In this document: positions 18,264 through 27,855 of the stretch, piece by piece
Numbering within the stretch: position 1 is the stretch's first letter
Layout: every line of letters begins with the position of its first letter
NCBI GenBank assembly: GCA_965206645.1
Contig: CBDBKE010000001.1
Location: forward strand, 64,001 to 128,000
Length of the DNA: 64,000 nt
DNA from: Terriglobia bacterium
GTDB lineage: Bacteria > Acidobacteriota > Terriglobia > JAJPHL01 > JAPKYU01
Reading direction: 5' to 3'
Translations under genes and position numbers: made by a program
The notes under the pieces: model-generated
Told to the model about the DNA's origin: nothing
Database searches by the model: none
The model's input: the letters and a program-made list of their open reading frames with translations, nothing else

Positions 18264-19205
18264 GTGCGCAGGGCGGCAACCAGCGTGCGTTTCTGGCGGC
18301 AACTTGCCGTCGCGCTCCGCCAGCTGAGCCCCGAGTCCATCCAACAGGATGCGGACCGGCCGTTCTCGCTAGCCCTGGTGGGCGCTGAAGCAGAGCTCCA
18401 GTACTGGACTGAGAAGCTCGTCCCGGCCGAGTTGGGCGAGCGGAAGCGCGATCAGGGGCTGAAGCGCCTGTTCCCCATCCCCGTGCCCATCCCTCCGACG
18501 TACACGCAGCTGATACCGCGCTTCGATCTGTGCCTGGTGCCAGCCGCCAGCGCCGCCGAAGTGCGTCCGTTCATCCGCGACTACTTGCTGCTTGAGGATG
18601 TGGCCGACGACCGCTGGGCAGAGCTACTCCTGGAAGACGTCCAGGAAAGGCGCCCGGACTGGTCGTTGGCCCTGGCCCGCTGCTATTGGCCGTTGCGCCA
18701 GCCGGTGGTGGACCGGATCATCCGAGCCGTCGCCCGCGAGAATGCCGGCTTCGCCATTCTCAGCGCGCTGCCGAACCTGCTACCCAGCCCGCTCCAGTTG
18801 CCCTGGATTTTCGGCGAATTCGCCTCGGACACAGCGTTTCTCACTGCGAACCAGTTTCGCATGGCCTTTCTAGTGGCAGCGGCCAGCGATGCTCCGGTAG
18901 GCTGGCGCCAGCAGAAGGCGCAACTGGCCTCCATTGCTGGCACAGCCTTCGGCTGGCGCGCTCTGGCGCGGGAACTGGCCGGCAAGGTGCCGGCCGGCGG
19001 GGGCCTGGTCGCCAAGGGGTTGGTAGCCTACTCGGCCACCTATGTCGTGGGACGCGGCCTGGAGCATTTCCATCGCCTCGGCCAGCGTTTTACCCGCGCC
19101 GAAAAACAGAAGGCGTACCAGGACGCGTGGCGCGGCGGTCGTAAAGTCGTCGAAGACGTGGCGCGACAGCTCGTCCATCGGCGTGCGCGGCCTGCACTGC
19201 CATAG
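18264..19205 (+). CDS. Conserved hypothetical protein
   Basis: Long ORF with coding-like composition; C-terminal helical region (SDT.FLT.NQ.RM) loosely reminiscent of EcsC/DUF697-like proteins. Confidence 0.6.
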   Translation: MRRAATSVRFWRQLAVALRQLSPESIQQDADRPFSLALVGAEAELQYWTEKLVPAELGERKRDQGLKRLFPIPVPIPPTYTQLIPRFDLCLVPAASAAEVRPFIRDYLLLEDVADDRWAELLLEDVQERRPDWSLALARCYWPLRQPVVDRIIRAVARENAGFAILSALPNLLPSPLQLPWIFGEFASDTAFLTANQFRMAFLVAAASDAPVGWRQQKAQLASIAGTAFGWRALARELAGKVPAGGGLVAKGLVAYSATYVVGRGLEHFHRLGQRFTRAEKQKAYQDAWRGGRKVVEDVARQLVHRRARPALP

Positions 19206-19207
19206 GC

Positions 19208-19263
19208 GTAGCGGCAGGCTTCAGCCTGCCAAGACCCAATGGCGGCCTAAAGGCCGCCACTAC
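19208..19263. repeat. GTAG-type REP doublet
   Basis: GTAGcggcaggcttcagcctgcc ... ggcggcctaaaggccgccaCTAC: two palindromes in inverted orientation, each with a GTAG end. Confidence 0.7.
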
Positions 19264-19313
19264 GACATCTCCTGCGGATTCAAAGTAGCCCACTAGCAGC
19301 CTCTGGCTGCGCT

Positions 19314-19342
19314 TTGCAGCGCTACAGATTTTCGGTTATAAT
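19314..19342 (+). promoter_or_regulatory. Sigma70 promoter of rpmE
   Basis: TTGCAG, 17-nt spacer, TATAAT. Confidence 0.6.
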
Positions 19343-19378
19343 AGATGTTTAGCGCAAAAATGTTCGACTGAGGTTCTC

Positions 19379-19621
19379 GTGAAGCCAGAAATCCATCCTC
19401 CCTACCATCATGTGACGGTGAAGTGCGCCTGCGGGCACAGCTTCAGCACACGGTCCACCCATAAGGGTGACATCCGCGTGGAGATCTGCTCCAACTGCCA
19501 CCCCTTCTTCACCGGCAAGCAGAAGCTGATCGATACCGCCGGGCGGGTAGAGCGCTTCAACAGGAAGTACAGGCGCGCCAAGAAGGCCGACGAGCCTGCC
19601 CCAGCTTCCAAGTCGCCCTAG
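19379..19621 (+). CDS. rpmE: 50S ribosomal protein L31 (zinc-binding type A)
   Basis: [37 protein letters not shown]. Confidence 0.97.
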   Translation: MKPEIHPPYHHVTVKCACGHSFSTRSTHKGDIRVEICSNCHPFFTGKQKLIDTAGRVERFNRKYRRAKKADEPAPASKSP

Positions 19622-19750
19622 AGCTAATATCCGGCAGCGCCGCCGTTTGTCCCACCGCAACGGGAGAGAGAGAAGACAACGGTGAAAGCGCAGAGAAGAC
19701 TGACTGTCGGGCTTCAGGCGAGCAAAGTTGTTTCTTCCAACCAACCGACT

Positions 19751-20254
19751 TCACTCCGATTTTTTCCGTTCGTAGACCAGAAAACTGTACGGGTACGGGT
19801 TATTGGCGTCGGCTGGATAATGTTCCTGCGATACAAGCTGCCAGTCAGCCTCGTCAAATTCTGGAAAGTAGGTGTCGCCTTCCAAGGTTGCCTGGACGAG
19901 GGTTAGGTAGAGCCGCTCTACACGGGGAAGGGTCTGGCGGTAGATGTCTGCGCCGCCGGCGACAAACACCTCGTCCCCGGTGGCCATCGCCAACGCTTCC
20001 TCCAGGGAATGAGCCACGCGCACGCCGGGCAGGGCGCCGGGCGGGGCATAGTCGCGTTGCCGCGTCACGACCACCGTTGTGCGGCCCGGCAGCGGGCGGC
20101 CAATCGACTCAAGAGTTTTCCGTCCCATCAGTAAGCAGTGTCCCATGGTCAACCCTTTGAAGTGCGCCCAATCGGCGGGGAGGTGCCAAGGAAGCCGGGT
20201 ATCGCACCCGATGACTCGGTTCTGTGACATCGCGACGATGATGGAAAGCCTCAT
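19751..20254 (-). CDS. folA: Dihydrofolate reductase
   Basis: [37 protein letters not shown]. Confidence 0.95.
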   Translation of the reverse strand: MRLSIIVAMSQNRVIGCDTRLPWHLPADWAHFKGLTMGHCLLMGRKTLESIGRPLPGRTTVVVTRQRDYAPPGALPGVRVAHSLEEALAMATGDEVFVAGGADIYRQTLPRVERLYLTLVQATLEGDTYFPEFDEADWQLVSQEHYPADANNPYPYSFLVYERKKSE

Positions 20255-21045
20255 ACCGCGATTGCCGCGGGAATGCCGGGGTGCGGGAAGTAATTGCTCA
20301 GCGAGAAATCTTCATACTGGAAGTCGAAGATGGACTTGACCCTCGGATTTAGCTTCATCTGCGGCAGCGGCTTCGGTTCACGCGTCAGTTGCAACCGGGC
20401 CTGTTCGAGGTGGTTCTTGTAGAGGTGAGCATCGCCGAACGTGTGGATAAACTCGCCGGCCTCCAATTCGCAAACCTGGGCGACCATCTGCGTCAGCAGC
20501 GCGTAGGAGGCAATGTTGAACGGAACCCCCAGGAAGACGTCGGCGCTGCGCTGGTAGAGCTGGCAGGAAAGGCGTCGCTTGGCTACGTAAAACTGGAAGA
20601 GCACGTGGCAAGGTGGTAGCGCCATCTTGTCGACGTCGGCCACGTTCCAGGCGCTGACGAGGTGGCGCCGGGAGTCGGGATTGGCGCGAATCTGCTCCAT
20701 GACCCGGGTGATCTGGTCAATGTGTCCGCCCCCCGTCGCGGGCCAGGAGCGCCACTGGTAGCCGTAGATGGGTCCCAGCTCGCCGGTCGGGTCAGCCCAC
20801 TCATCCCAGATGGTGACTCCGTGTTTCTGCAAATCCCGAACGTTGGTGCTGCCCGAGAGGAACCAAAGCAGCTCGTGGATGATCGAGCGCAGGTGCAGTT
20901 TCTTAGTGGTGAGCAACGGGTAGCCCTGGGCCAGGTCGAAGCGCATCTGGCAGCCGAAAATGCTCAGCGTGCCCGTCCCGGTCCGATCTGGCTTCTCCAC
21001 CCCCTCGTCCAGGATGTGCCGGAGCAATTCCAGGTACTGCCTCAT
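20251..21045 (-). CDS. thyA: Thymidylate synthase
   Basis: [50 protein letters not shown]. Confidence 0.98.
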   Translation of the reverse strand: MRQYLELLRHILDEGVEKPDRTGTGTLSIFGCQMRFDLAQGYPLLTTKKLHLRSIIHELLWFLSGSTNVRDLQKHGVTIWDEWADPTGELGPIYGYQWRSWPATGGGHIDQITRVMEQIRANPDSRRHLVSAWNVADVDKMALPPCHVLFQFYVAKRRLSCQLYQRSADVFLGVPFNIASYALLTQMVAQVCELEAGEFIHTFGDAHLYKNHLEQARLQLTREPKPLPQMKLNPRVKSIFDFQYEDFSLSNYFPHPGIPAAIAV

Positions 21046-21218
21046 CGTCTTGAAACTACGAAGAAGCGGCCGTCCAGCCGCGCCAAGTTCTCATGTCGGC
21101 GCAAATTCCTGCTCGAGGGCAAATGGGAATCGCGCCGGGCACAGTATACACCCGACAGCCGTGGCGACCTCCGAGCCGCACCCAGCACACCAGCTATAGC
21201 TCGGGGTTTCCCGTGGCC

Positions 21219-21905
21219 TCATCGTCTTAGGACGAATTCTGTGGCCTGGTTTCGGTCTTCGACATGCACATGCAACTTCTTGCCCTTAGGATGAATCCAA
21301 AGAGCCTGTCCTGCCTGCGGCACCGGGATTTCGCCCGGCCCGTTTGTACTCCGGGCAAGGTTGCCGGGCGCGACAGCCCCCGTGGGGGTCAACGACGCCT
21401 CATGTTGTGCGGCGTGCTCCAACAACTTTCCGATGTGCACATGAGCGTGGCACTGGGTGCGCACGTTGTCTCCGTTGATCGCCAGGCCCCATTGGTCACC
21501 CCACAGCGCACGTGCCTTGCGAATCGTCGCTTTCCAGAACTCGGCCCTCTGCCGCGCATTGAGGTGCGCGATATCGTGCATCCCCTGGCTGTGCGGCCGG
21601 GGCAGGGCCAGCCAGCGGTTGGGCTTGCGGGGGTGGTTGTCTTTCAGGAAAAACAGCATCACACCGGGCGGCTGTTTTTCTGCCTCCCGGCAGAGGCTAC
21701 ACTCGCGAGCCTCCAGTGTCTCCGGTTGCGCCGGATCGCAGGCACAATGGCTGGCTTGGGAAACCCCGTGTGGGTTGGGAGATCCTCCCGACAGCATCTC
21801 CGCTTCCACACACCAGCCCGCTACCGTGAACGTCACCAGTAGGACCGCGTTGTTGGGGAACGCCCGCAACGTCCGATTTCCTGGGCTACGAGTACCGAAA
21901 GCCAC
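21219..21905 (-). CDS. Hypothetical protein with HIT-like motif (CDP-diacylglycerol pyrophosphatase-like)
   Basis: N-terminal hydrophobic stretch, CAC..CSLC, WGLAIN...RTQCHAHVHIG; start uncertain. Confidence 0.55.
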   Translation of the reverse strand: MAFGTRSPGNRTLRAFPNNAVLLVTFTVAGWCVEAEMLSGGSPNPHGVSQASHCACDPAQPETLEARECSLCREAEKQPPGVMLFFLKDNHPRKPNRWLALPRPHSQGMHDIAHLNARQRAEFWKATIRKARALWGDQWGLAINGDNVRTQCHAHVHIGKLLEHAAQHEASLTPTGAVAPGNLARSTNGPGEIPVPQAGQALWIHPKGKKLHVHVEDRNQATEFVLRR

Positions 21906-22079
21906 GATGCATCACTGTCCGTCTTCTCCAGCCGAAAGAACTCTACTCCATGTTCCCAGCACGCCTAGCATGCAAGTATAATGTACGTCCTCGGAGGAGG
22001 CACCGGCGGCCGTCGGAGCGCTCAGTATCTACCACGCTCGCTGGCCGCGGGAATCCCGGCTTGAGAAGGAGACCGAAGT

Positions 22080-23249
22080 ATGCCACGCGCAACTTCACTG
22101 GATACGGAAAAGGCGGTGCGGCAGCGCTACAGCCAGGCTGCCCGCGCCAAAGAGCCGGCGCTTTGTTGTCCGGTCAGCTACGACCCGCGCTACCTGGAGC
22201 TTATCCCGACCGAGATCTTGGAGAGAGATTACGGCTGCGGCGACCCCTCCCTGTTTGTACGGCCTGGCGACACGGTACTCGACCTGGGCTCCGGCGCCGG
22301 CAAGATTTGTTACATCGCGGCACAACTGGTCGGCCCCACCGGCAGAGTGATCGGGGTGGACTTCAACGCCGAAATGTTGGCGCTGGCGCGGAAACACCAG
22401 CCGACCATTGCGCGACGGTTGGGGTACGACAACGTAGAGTTTCACCGCGCCCGCATCCAGGACCCGCGACTGTCGCTGGACGAGGTGGACGCCTACCTGA
22501 AAGCTCATCCGGTGCGCACCACTGAGCAGTTGGCGGACTTCGACGCCTTCGCCGCGCGCCTGCGCTCCTCGGCGCCGCTCCTCCCCGATGAATCGGTAGA
22601 CATCGTCATCTCCAGTTGCGTGCTCAACCTGGTGCCAGACGCCGAAAAGGAAAAGCTGTTCCGCGAGATGTACCGGGTAGTCAAGCGCGGCGGCCGGGTG
22701 GCCGTCAGCGACATCGTCTCAGATGAAGATGTACCGCGCGAGATGAAGCGCGACGCCAAGCTGTGGAGCGGCTGCCTGGCGGGCGCGCTCCGCGAAGACC
22801 GGTTCCTGCAGGCCTTCGAGCGCGCCGGCTTCCACGGCATCCAGTTGGCCAAGTACGACGAAAAGCCCTGGCAGACGGTGCGGGGCATCCAGTTCCGCTC
22901 AGCCACCGTGACAGCCTCCAAGGGCAAGGAAGGGCCTTGCCTGGAGCGTTACCAGGCGGTCGTCTACAAGGGACCGTGGAAGGAGGTTCGCGATGACGAC
23001 GGTCACGTCCTGCGCCGAGGCCAGCGCATGGCCGTTTGTGACAAAACCTACCATCTGCTCACCCGCGCGCCCTACGCAAGTGACATCCTTCCCGTGCCGC
23101 CTTTGCGGAACGTCCCGTTGCGGAAGGCGCGGGTATTCGCCTGCAACGGGGCCGCGGTGCGCGATCCGCGGGAGACCAAAGGGAAGCGGTACCGCAAGAC
23201 CGTCGCTCCCACCAATGGCGCCCGTTGCGGTCCGGAAGGCTGCTGCTGA
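22080..23249 (+). CDS. Arsenite methyltransferase-like class I SAM methyltransferase
   Basis: LCCPV, YGCGDP, VLDLGSGAG, SSCVLNL, WSGC..GAL, C-terminal CC; AAGGAG RBS. Confidence 0.82.
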   Translation: MPRATSLDTEKAVRQRYSQAARAKEPALCCPVSYDPRYLELIPTEILERDYGCGDPSLFVRPGDTVLDLGSGAGKICYIAAQLVGPTGRVIGVDFNAEMLALARKHQPTIARRLGYDNVEFHRARIQDPRLSLDEVDAYLKAHPVRTTEQLADFDAFAARLRSSAPLLPDESVDIVISSCVLNLVPDAEKEKLFREMYRVVKRGGRVAVSDIVSDEDVPREMKRDAKLWSGCLAGALREDRFLQAFERAGFHGIQLAKYDEKPWQTVRGIQFRSATVTASKGKEGPCLERYQAVVYKGPWKEVRDDDGHVLRRGQRMAVCDKTYHLLTRAPYASDILPVPPLRNVPLRKARVFACNGAAVRDPRETKGKRYRKTVAPTNGARCGPEGCC

Positions 23250-23319
23250 GCGAGGAGGCTTGAGGCCTCACGAGTCCCCTAGCGGAATGGCTCAGCTGAA
23301 CGTCTCTTGAGAGTGCACG

Positions 23320-25167
23320 ATGCATGGGATACGAATGGCTTTGGTCTTGGGATTGGCCTTGATGCTGGCCCTTCCGGTATTTGCGCCGGAAAAATCCAAG
23401 ACCGAGCAATCAGCGAGGATTACTCATGGGCCGATCCTCGGCCGACCCGGCGCGCACCAGATCGGCGTTTGGGTGCGAACCTCCCAGCCGGGCACCTTTC
23501 AGGTCCGTTACGGACTCAAACCTGAAAAACTTGACAACTTATCTCCGTCGGCCACCACCCGGCTCGAACACGACAACACCGGTTGGTTGCTAATCCAGGG
23601 TCTCCAGTCCAACACCAAGTACTACTACCAAGTAGCGGCAGGTGCCCCGGATGCTGGCCCTCGCGGCTCGTTCCGAACCCTTCCTGACCCCGATGATTTT
23701 CGCCATCCCGAGCTCAATCCACGCGGTCTGTTCAACTTTCGCTTTGAGTTTGCTTGCGGAAACAACCAGGATCGCGGTGGAGGGGCCGGCCCCGATGGCC
23801 CAGCCTTCAAGACCATGCTCGACCAGCTCAGGGACAAAATCCACTTCGCAATCCAGAACGGCGACTGGCTCTATGAGGATCGCCGAGACTATTCCTCCCA
23901 GCAATGGCTCCGGCAGGTTCAGCGCACGCGCGAGGAGATGCCTGCGGTCGTTCGCTACGCTCCCACCATCGTCGGCGTATGGGAAAACTACAAGATCTAT
24001 TTAGAACGGGGCAAAAACCTTGCCGCATGGCATCGGCAGATCCCCTCCTTCTTCACTTTCGACGATCACGAGATTCTTAACGACGTTTGGGGAGCAGGCT
24101 CAGCGGGTTTACGAGACCGCCGCGCCGCCTTCCGGGATATAGGCGTACAGGCGTGGTATGACTACCTGGGCTGGAGCAACCCGGTGCCACACACCCAGGG
24201 GATCTATTTTGGGCAGGCTGAGCTGAAGGCGGATAGTGAAGTCCTCACCGATCCGCGCGCCGATTTCACTCGTGTGGACCTCGCCCAGGCAGCTAATCTC
24301 CACATCCACTGGGGTGGGCCGACGGCAGGGGTGAACGACAACCGTCTCGACGCGATCGGCGGTGATCCCAACGCCGGCGTCTACGACATCGTCGAAGTGC
24401 TCGACAAGCATCGTCTTCGCATCCGACCTGTCCCCAAGCACGACGGTCATCCCTCTTATTCCATCGGTCGTCGCTCCTACTACCATCTGCGCGTCAGCAA
24501 CTCCGATTTCTTCGTGCTCGACACCCGGACCCACCGCCAGATGCATGATGTCCGCCACCCCGACAAACCGGGCCTCTCGATGCTCGGCCGGCGTCAAAAG
24601 GCCTGGCTGAGGGAGGGGATGTCGCGCAGTGATGCCGACTTTTTCTTCGTGGTCTCCTCAGTGAACTTTATGATTCCGCATGTGGGCGGTGGAGGAGTCC
24701 GCCCTTCCAACAAGGACGATGCGTGGACAGTCTTCCTTGAGGAACGTGAGGAACTTATCCGTTTCTGGGATTCATTGGGTAAGCCCGTGTTTGTTCTCAC
24801 CGGCGACCTCCACAACAGCTTTGCGATCAAGATCACCGACCGCGTGTGGGAGTTTGCTTCCGGACCGCACAACTCCGGGAATCACCGCGCCAGCGATGAA
24901 AGCGGGCGCCCGCCCAGCGGATGGTTCGACTCCCGCGGACGCCGATGCCAAATCCGCTGGTCCAGCTACTTCCTGGACGATATCCCCCGCCAGGACCTCC
25001 AGTACCCTCTGTACTGCGTGGTGCAGATCAATAACGTTTTTAATAACCCTCTCCGACCGGGTGAAGATCGCTGGGTGGCTTTCCCCGTTCCCCAGGTAGT
25101 CTTCCAATATTACGATGGCCTCACGGGAGAACTCCGCTACGCTGAAGCGATAACGGCCAGCCAGTAG
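23320..25167 (+). CDS. Alkaline phosphatase D (PhoD-like) family metallophosphatase, exported
   Basis: Signal peptide, THGP.LG, FACGN, NGDWLYED, FDDHEI.ND, LDTR, TGDLH. Confidence 0.85.
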   Translation: MHGIRMALVLGLALMLALPVFAPEKSKTEQSARITHGPILGRPGAHQIGVWVRTSQPGTFQVRYGLKPEKLDNLSPSATTRLEHDNTGWLLIQGLQSNTKYYYQVAAGAPDAGPRGSFRTLPDPDDFRHPELNPRGLFNFRFEFACGNNQDRGGGAGPDGPAFKTMLDQLRDKIHFAIQNGDWLYEDRRDYSSQQWLRQVQRTREEMPAVVRYAPTIVGVWENYKIYLERGKNLAAWHRQIPSFFTFDDHEILNDVWGAGSAGLRDRRAAFRDIGVQAWYDYLGWSNPVPHTQGIYFGQAELKADSEVLTDPRADFTRVDLAQAANLHIHWGGPTAGVNDNRLDAIGGDPNAGVYDIVEVLDKHRLRIRPVPKHDGHPSYSIGRRSYYHLRVSNSDFFVLDTRTHRQMHDVRHPDKPGLSMLGRRQKAWLREGMSRSDADFFFVVSSVNFMIPHVGGGGVRPSNKDDAWTVFLEEREELIRFWDSLGKPVFVLTGDLHNSFAIKITDRVWEFASGPHNSGNHRASDESGRPPSGWFDSRGRRCQIRWSSYFLDDIPRQDLQYPLYCVVQINNVFNNPLRPGEDRWVAFPVPQVVFQYYDGLTGELRYAEAITASQ

Positions 25168-25286
25168 GATGTTGTTCGCCGGCTGGGCGGCTCCTCCTTC
25201 CAGCGCCGTACCGCATCGTCCATCCCTCGCGGACACCTATGCCGACGCTCGCACACAAGTCGCGCTGCCCGGGTTGTGTGAGAGCA

Positions 25287-25319
25287 CAAGAATGCCGGAG
25301 CGAAGCTCCGGCATTCTTG
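25287..25319. terminator. Perfect 15-bp hairpin between convergent genes
   Basis: caagaatgccggagc-gaa-gctccggcattcttg. Confidence 0.6.
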
Positions 25320-25341
25320 CTGCAGATTGGCAGGTTGAACC

Positions 25342-26649
25342 CTAGTCGAAGCTGCCCGAGACGCCCTGGAAACCATGCCGCGCCTGCTTGATGAACCAGC
25401 GCAAGACTCGGGCATCGTTATAGCAGAACCCCAGATTGTGGTTCAGGGTCGAAAAGCAATGCGTCTGGCAGGACTGTTTCATGTGGTCGAGCTGGGGGAC
25501 CTGGAACTTGTGATTCTCAATGGTTCCCCAGTCGTAGGTGGCGGAATACATGGGGAAGCAGGGGGCCAGCGTGCCGTCCACCCGGATGATCATCGAGTTC
25601 TGACCAGCACGGCAGTTCCACGGCTTCACTTTGCCGCGCATGAACTCCTTCATGCCCTGCAAGCGCTGGGCAGAGTTCACCATCTTGTAGCCTTGCTGGT
25701 TCTTCTCGATGAGCCAATCCACCAGCGCGTCCACTTTCGGGAAATCTTCCGGAGTGATAAAGGTGCTGTTCTCGTCCAGGTGCTTAAAGTGGTCCTGCTC
25801 GACCATCGGCGACTCGTTGATGTGGTAATCGGTGATGATCGCGTTGTCATGCGCGATTTCCGTGAGCTGCTTGACGTCCTCGTGATTGTTGCGGCAGATG
25901 TTGATGTTGAAGGCGGTCGTGATGCCGTACCGGTATTGTTTTTTGATCAGGTAATCAAAATACTTGCGCACCGGCGTCAGCGCCTTGGGCAGCCCGGGTT
26001 TTTCGTCCACGACGTCCACCGCAAAGTTGATCGTGGCAAGTCCCGCATCGCCCAGCCAGTCGAGCACTTCGGGCCGCAGCAGACGGGCGTTGGTGGGCAG
26101 GTAAACCCAGAAACCTTTCTTAGCGGCGTAGGACACCACCTTGTGTACAAACTGGGGACGCAGCAGCGGCTCGCCGCCCATCAGCGCCAGCACCCGGCAG
26201 GTGGTGGAGTGCAACCAGTCAATGGAGCGCTTGGCTGTGTCTTCGCTCATGCCTTTCACGTTGTTGTCGAAGGACCAGCAGTAATGGCAGTCCAGGTTGC
26301 ACTTCCATTCAGTGAACAGGTAGGCGATGATCGGGTGGAAGTCTCCTGGCAGGATGCGCGACTTGAAGTAGGGAACCGCCCAGCCCCGCAGCGCCCGAGC
26401 AACGAGAGGCCCGCTCCAGGGCCGGCGGCCATTGAGAGCCTTGCGCTCCATCTCGATAATGTCGGAGTCATCCTCGCGGAACAGTTCCGGGTGCTCCGGA
26501 AATGCGGGCACCGGCAACACTTGGGGCTCTGCCCCAGGGGGCGGCGGCACCAGCGACTGGGGCTTTGGTTTCATCAACAGGTCATGCACCTGCACGTCCA
26601 ACCGGAACGGCGGAGGGGAGCTGGCTGTCTCTGGCTGCTGCTCTAGCAT
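25342..26649 (-). CDS. Radical SAM protein with twitch/SPASM-like C-terminus
   Basis: CNLDCHYC, MGGEPLL, TNA, C.AG......DG...PC...C...C; AAGGAG RBS. Confidence 0.88.
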   Translation of the reverse strand: MLEQQPETASSPPPFRLDVQVHDLLMKPKPQSLVPPPPGAEPQVLPVPAFPEHPELFREDDSDIIEMERKALNGRRPWSGPLVARALRGWAVPYFKSRILPGDFHPIIAYLFTEWKCNLDCHYCWSFDNNVKGMSEDTAKRSIDWLHSTTCRVLALMGGEPLLRPQFVHKVVSYAAKKGFWVYLPTNARLLRPEVLDWLGDAGLATINFAVDVVDEKPGLPKALTPVRKYFDYLIKKQYRYGITTAFNINICRNNHEDVKQLTEIAHDNAIITDYHINESPMVEQDHFKHLDENSTFITPEDFPKVDALVDWLIEKNQQGYKMVNSAQRLQGMKEFMRGKVKPWNCRAGQNSMIIRVDGTLAPCFPMYSATYDWGTIENHKFQVPQLDHMKQSCQTHCFSTLNHNLGFCYNDARVLRWFIKQARHGFQGVSGSFD

Positions 26650-26984
26650 CTACAATCTCCTTCTTTAGTTCAGTGGCAGGTTTCCTTCAATGCTCAATCA
26701 TCCCCCCTGACGGCGGGGGCCTTCCTGCCTAATTTTCGCCCGGTTAATATACCACGGTGTCGGCTGGAGCGTAGATCGCAGGTCGAATAAATTTGTGGTC
26801 ACCGGCAGAGGCGTGCCCTCCCGGACGGTCCGCGGTGGCTGCCTGGTGGATTGGAATTGCCTTTGCTTAGAGAAAGCTAGCCGTTGGTCAAGGTACTGTG
26901 GGCTCGTGGACGCAGCGCCAGCTTCGCCCCACCGCTCGCTGTTGATTGAAATAGACACTGCGCGGCTGGACTGCTATCTTGCAC

Positions 26985-27016
26985 GCTGTCGTTGCATTCT
27001 GCTGTCGTTGCATTCT
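26985..27016 (+). repeat. Perfect 16-bp tandem duplication upstream of the 27053 ORF
   Basis: gctgtcgttgcattct x2. Confidence 0.8.
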
Positions 27017-27052
27017 AAGGATCGAGCCAATCCGGGGAGCGGAGGAGGAGTC

Positions 27053-27799
27053 ATGAAGATCGCGCAGGCAACATCGGCAGTCCTTGCAGAACTCTGGGGT
27101 CAGGTTGAGGCAAAGGTGCGGCAGGCGACATCGCTGGAGGAAGCTGCCCAGGAGTTGGCCTGCGGGTTGCACGCGAAGTTCAGTGAATCGTCTGCGCTGG
27201 CCCGGGTGTTTCTCACTGTTCCATTCGACTCCCTGCCGAAGAGGAATCAAGAGTTTGTGCGGAAGCTGGCCGAGTCGGCCGGGGCGGGAGGTCAGTTAAA
27301 AGGCGATACCCTGGTTCTGTCGCTGCTGGGGACTCACGGCCAGGAGGCGGACTGGAAGGATCGTCGCAATTCCAAAGGCCATATGGGGATCCCGTTGATT
27401 TCCTCAGCCTTCGTGGACGCCATTCCGATGATCTCCCGCCTGCTGAAGGAACTCGGCGTCCCCCTGGAGTGGGTCGACACCCGCGACTCGGAAATCCTTC
27501 AGAAAACCGTGGGCCGTTCGGCGGGCTTGTTTTTCGTGGACAACGCCGCCCAGGCGAAAGATCATCAGGGCAGAAACATCATCGCTTCACAAGAGTTTGT
27601 TTCCGCCTATCAGGTGAAAAGCGTGTTCGGGACCGGGGGCGTGTATTCCGGTAACCAGGTCCTGGTCATCGTCTTGTTCTGTCGTGACCAGTTCGCGCGG
27701 GCCGTGGGAGAGCTTTTCCTGCCCCTGATCGATTCGTTCAAAGGCAGGACCGCCTCACTCGCGGGAGCCGGAAAAATATTCTCAGACGGGAAGGGATAA
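27053..27799 (+). CDS. Hypothetical protein (possible stand-alone GAF-like sensory domain)
   Basis: GGAGGAGGAG RBS before ATG at 27053; conserved-looking LSLLGT.G....W.DRR.S.GH..IPL......IPMIS.L motif. Confidence 0.65.
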   Translation: MKIAQATSAVLAELWGQVEAKVRQATSLEEAAQELACGLHAKFSESSALARVFLTVPFDSLPKRNQEFVRKLAESAGAGGQLKGDTLVLSLLGTHGQEADWKDRRNSKGHMGIPLISSAFVDAIPMISRLLKELGVPLEWVDTRDSEILQKTVGRSAGLFFVDNAAQAKDHQGRNIIASQEFVSAYQVKSVFGTGGVYSGNQVLVIVLFCRDQFARAVGELFLPLIDSFKGRTASLAGAGKIFSDGKG

Positions 27800-27855
27800 C
27801 CCCTGCGGGTTCGCGCTTCAGACACAACGACTGGAACCGAAAGTTTCTGCCCCGG

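Noticed and set aside
23250-23310. GAGGAGG followed by a short TTG ORF after the arsM-like gene
   Set aside because: RBS-to-start spacing of 1 nt and an unremarkable peptide
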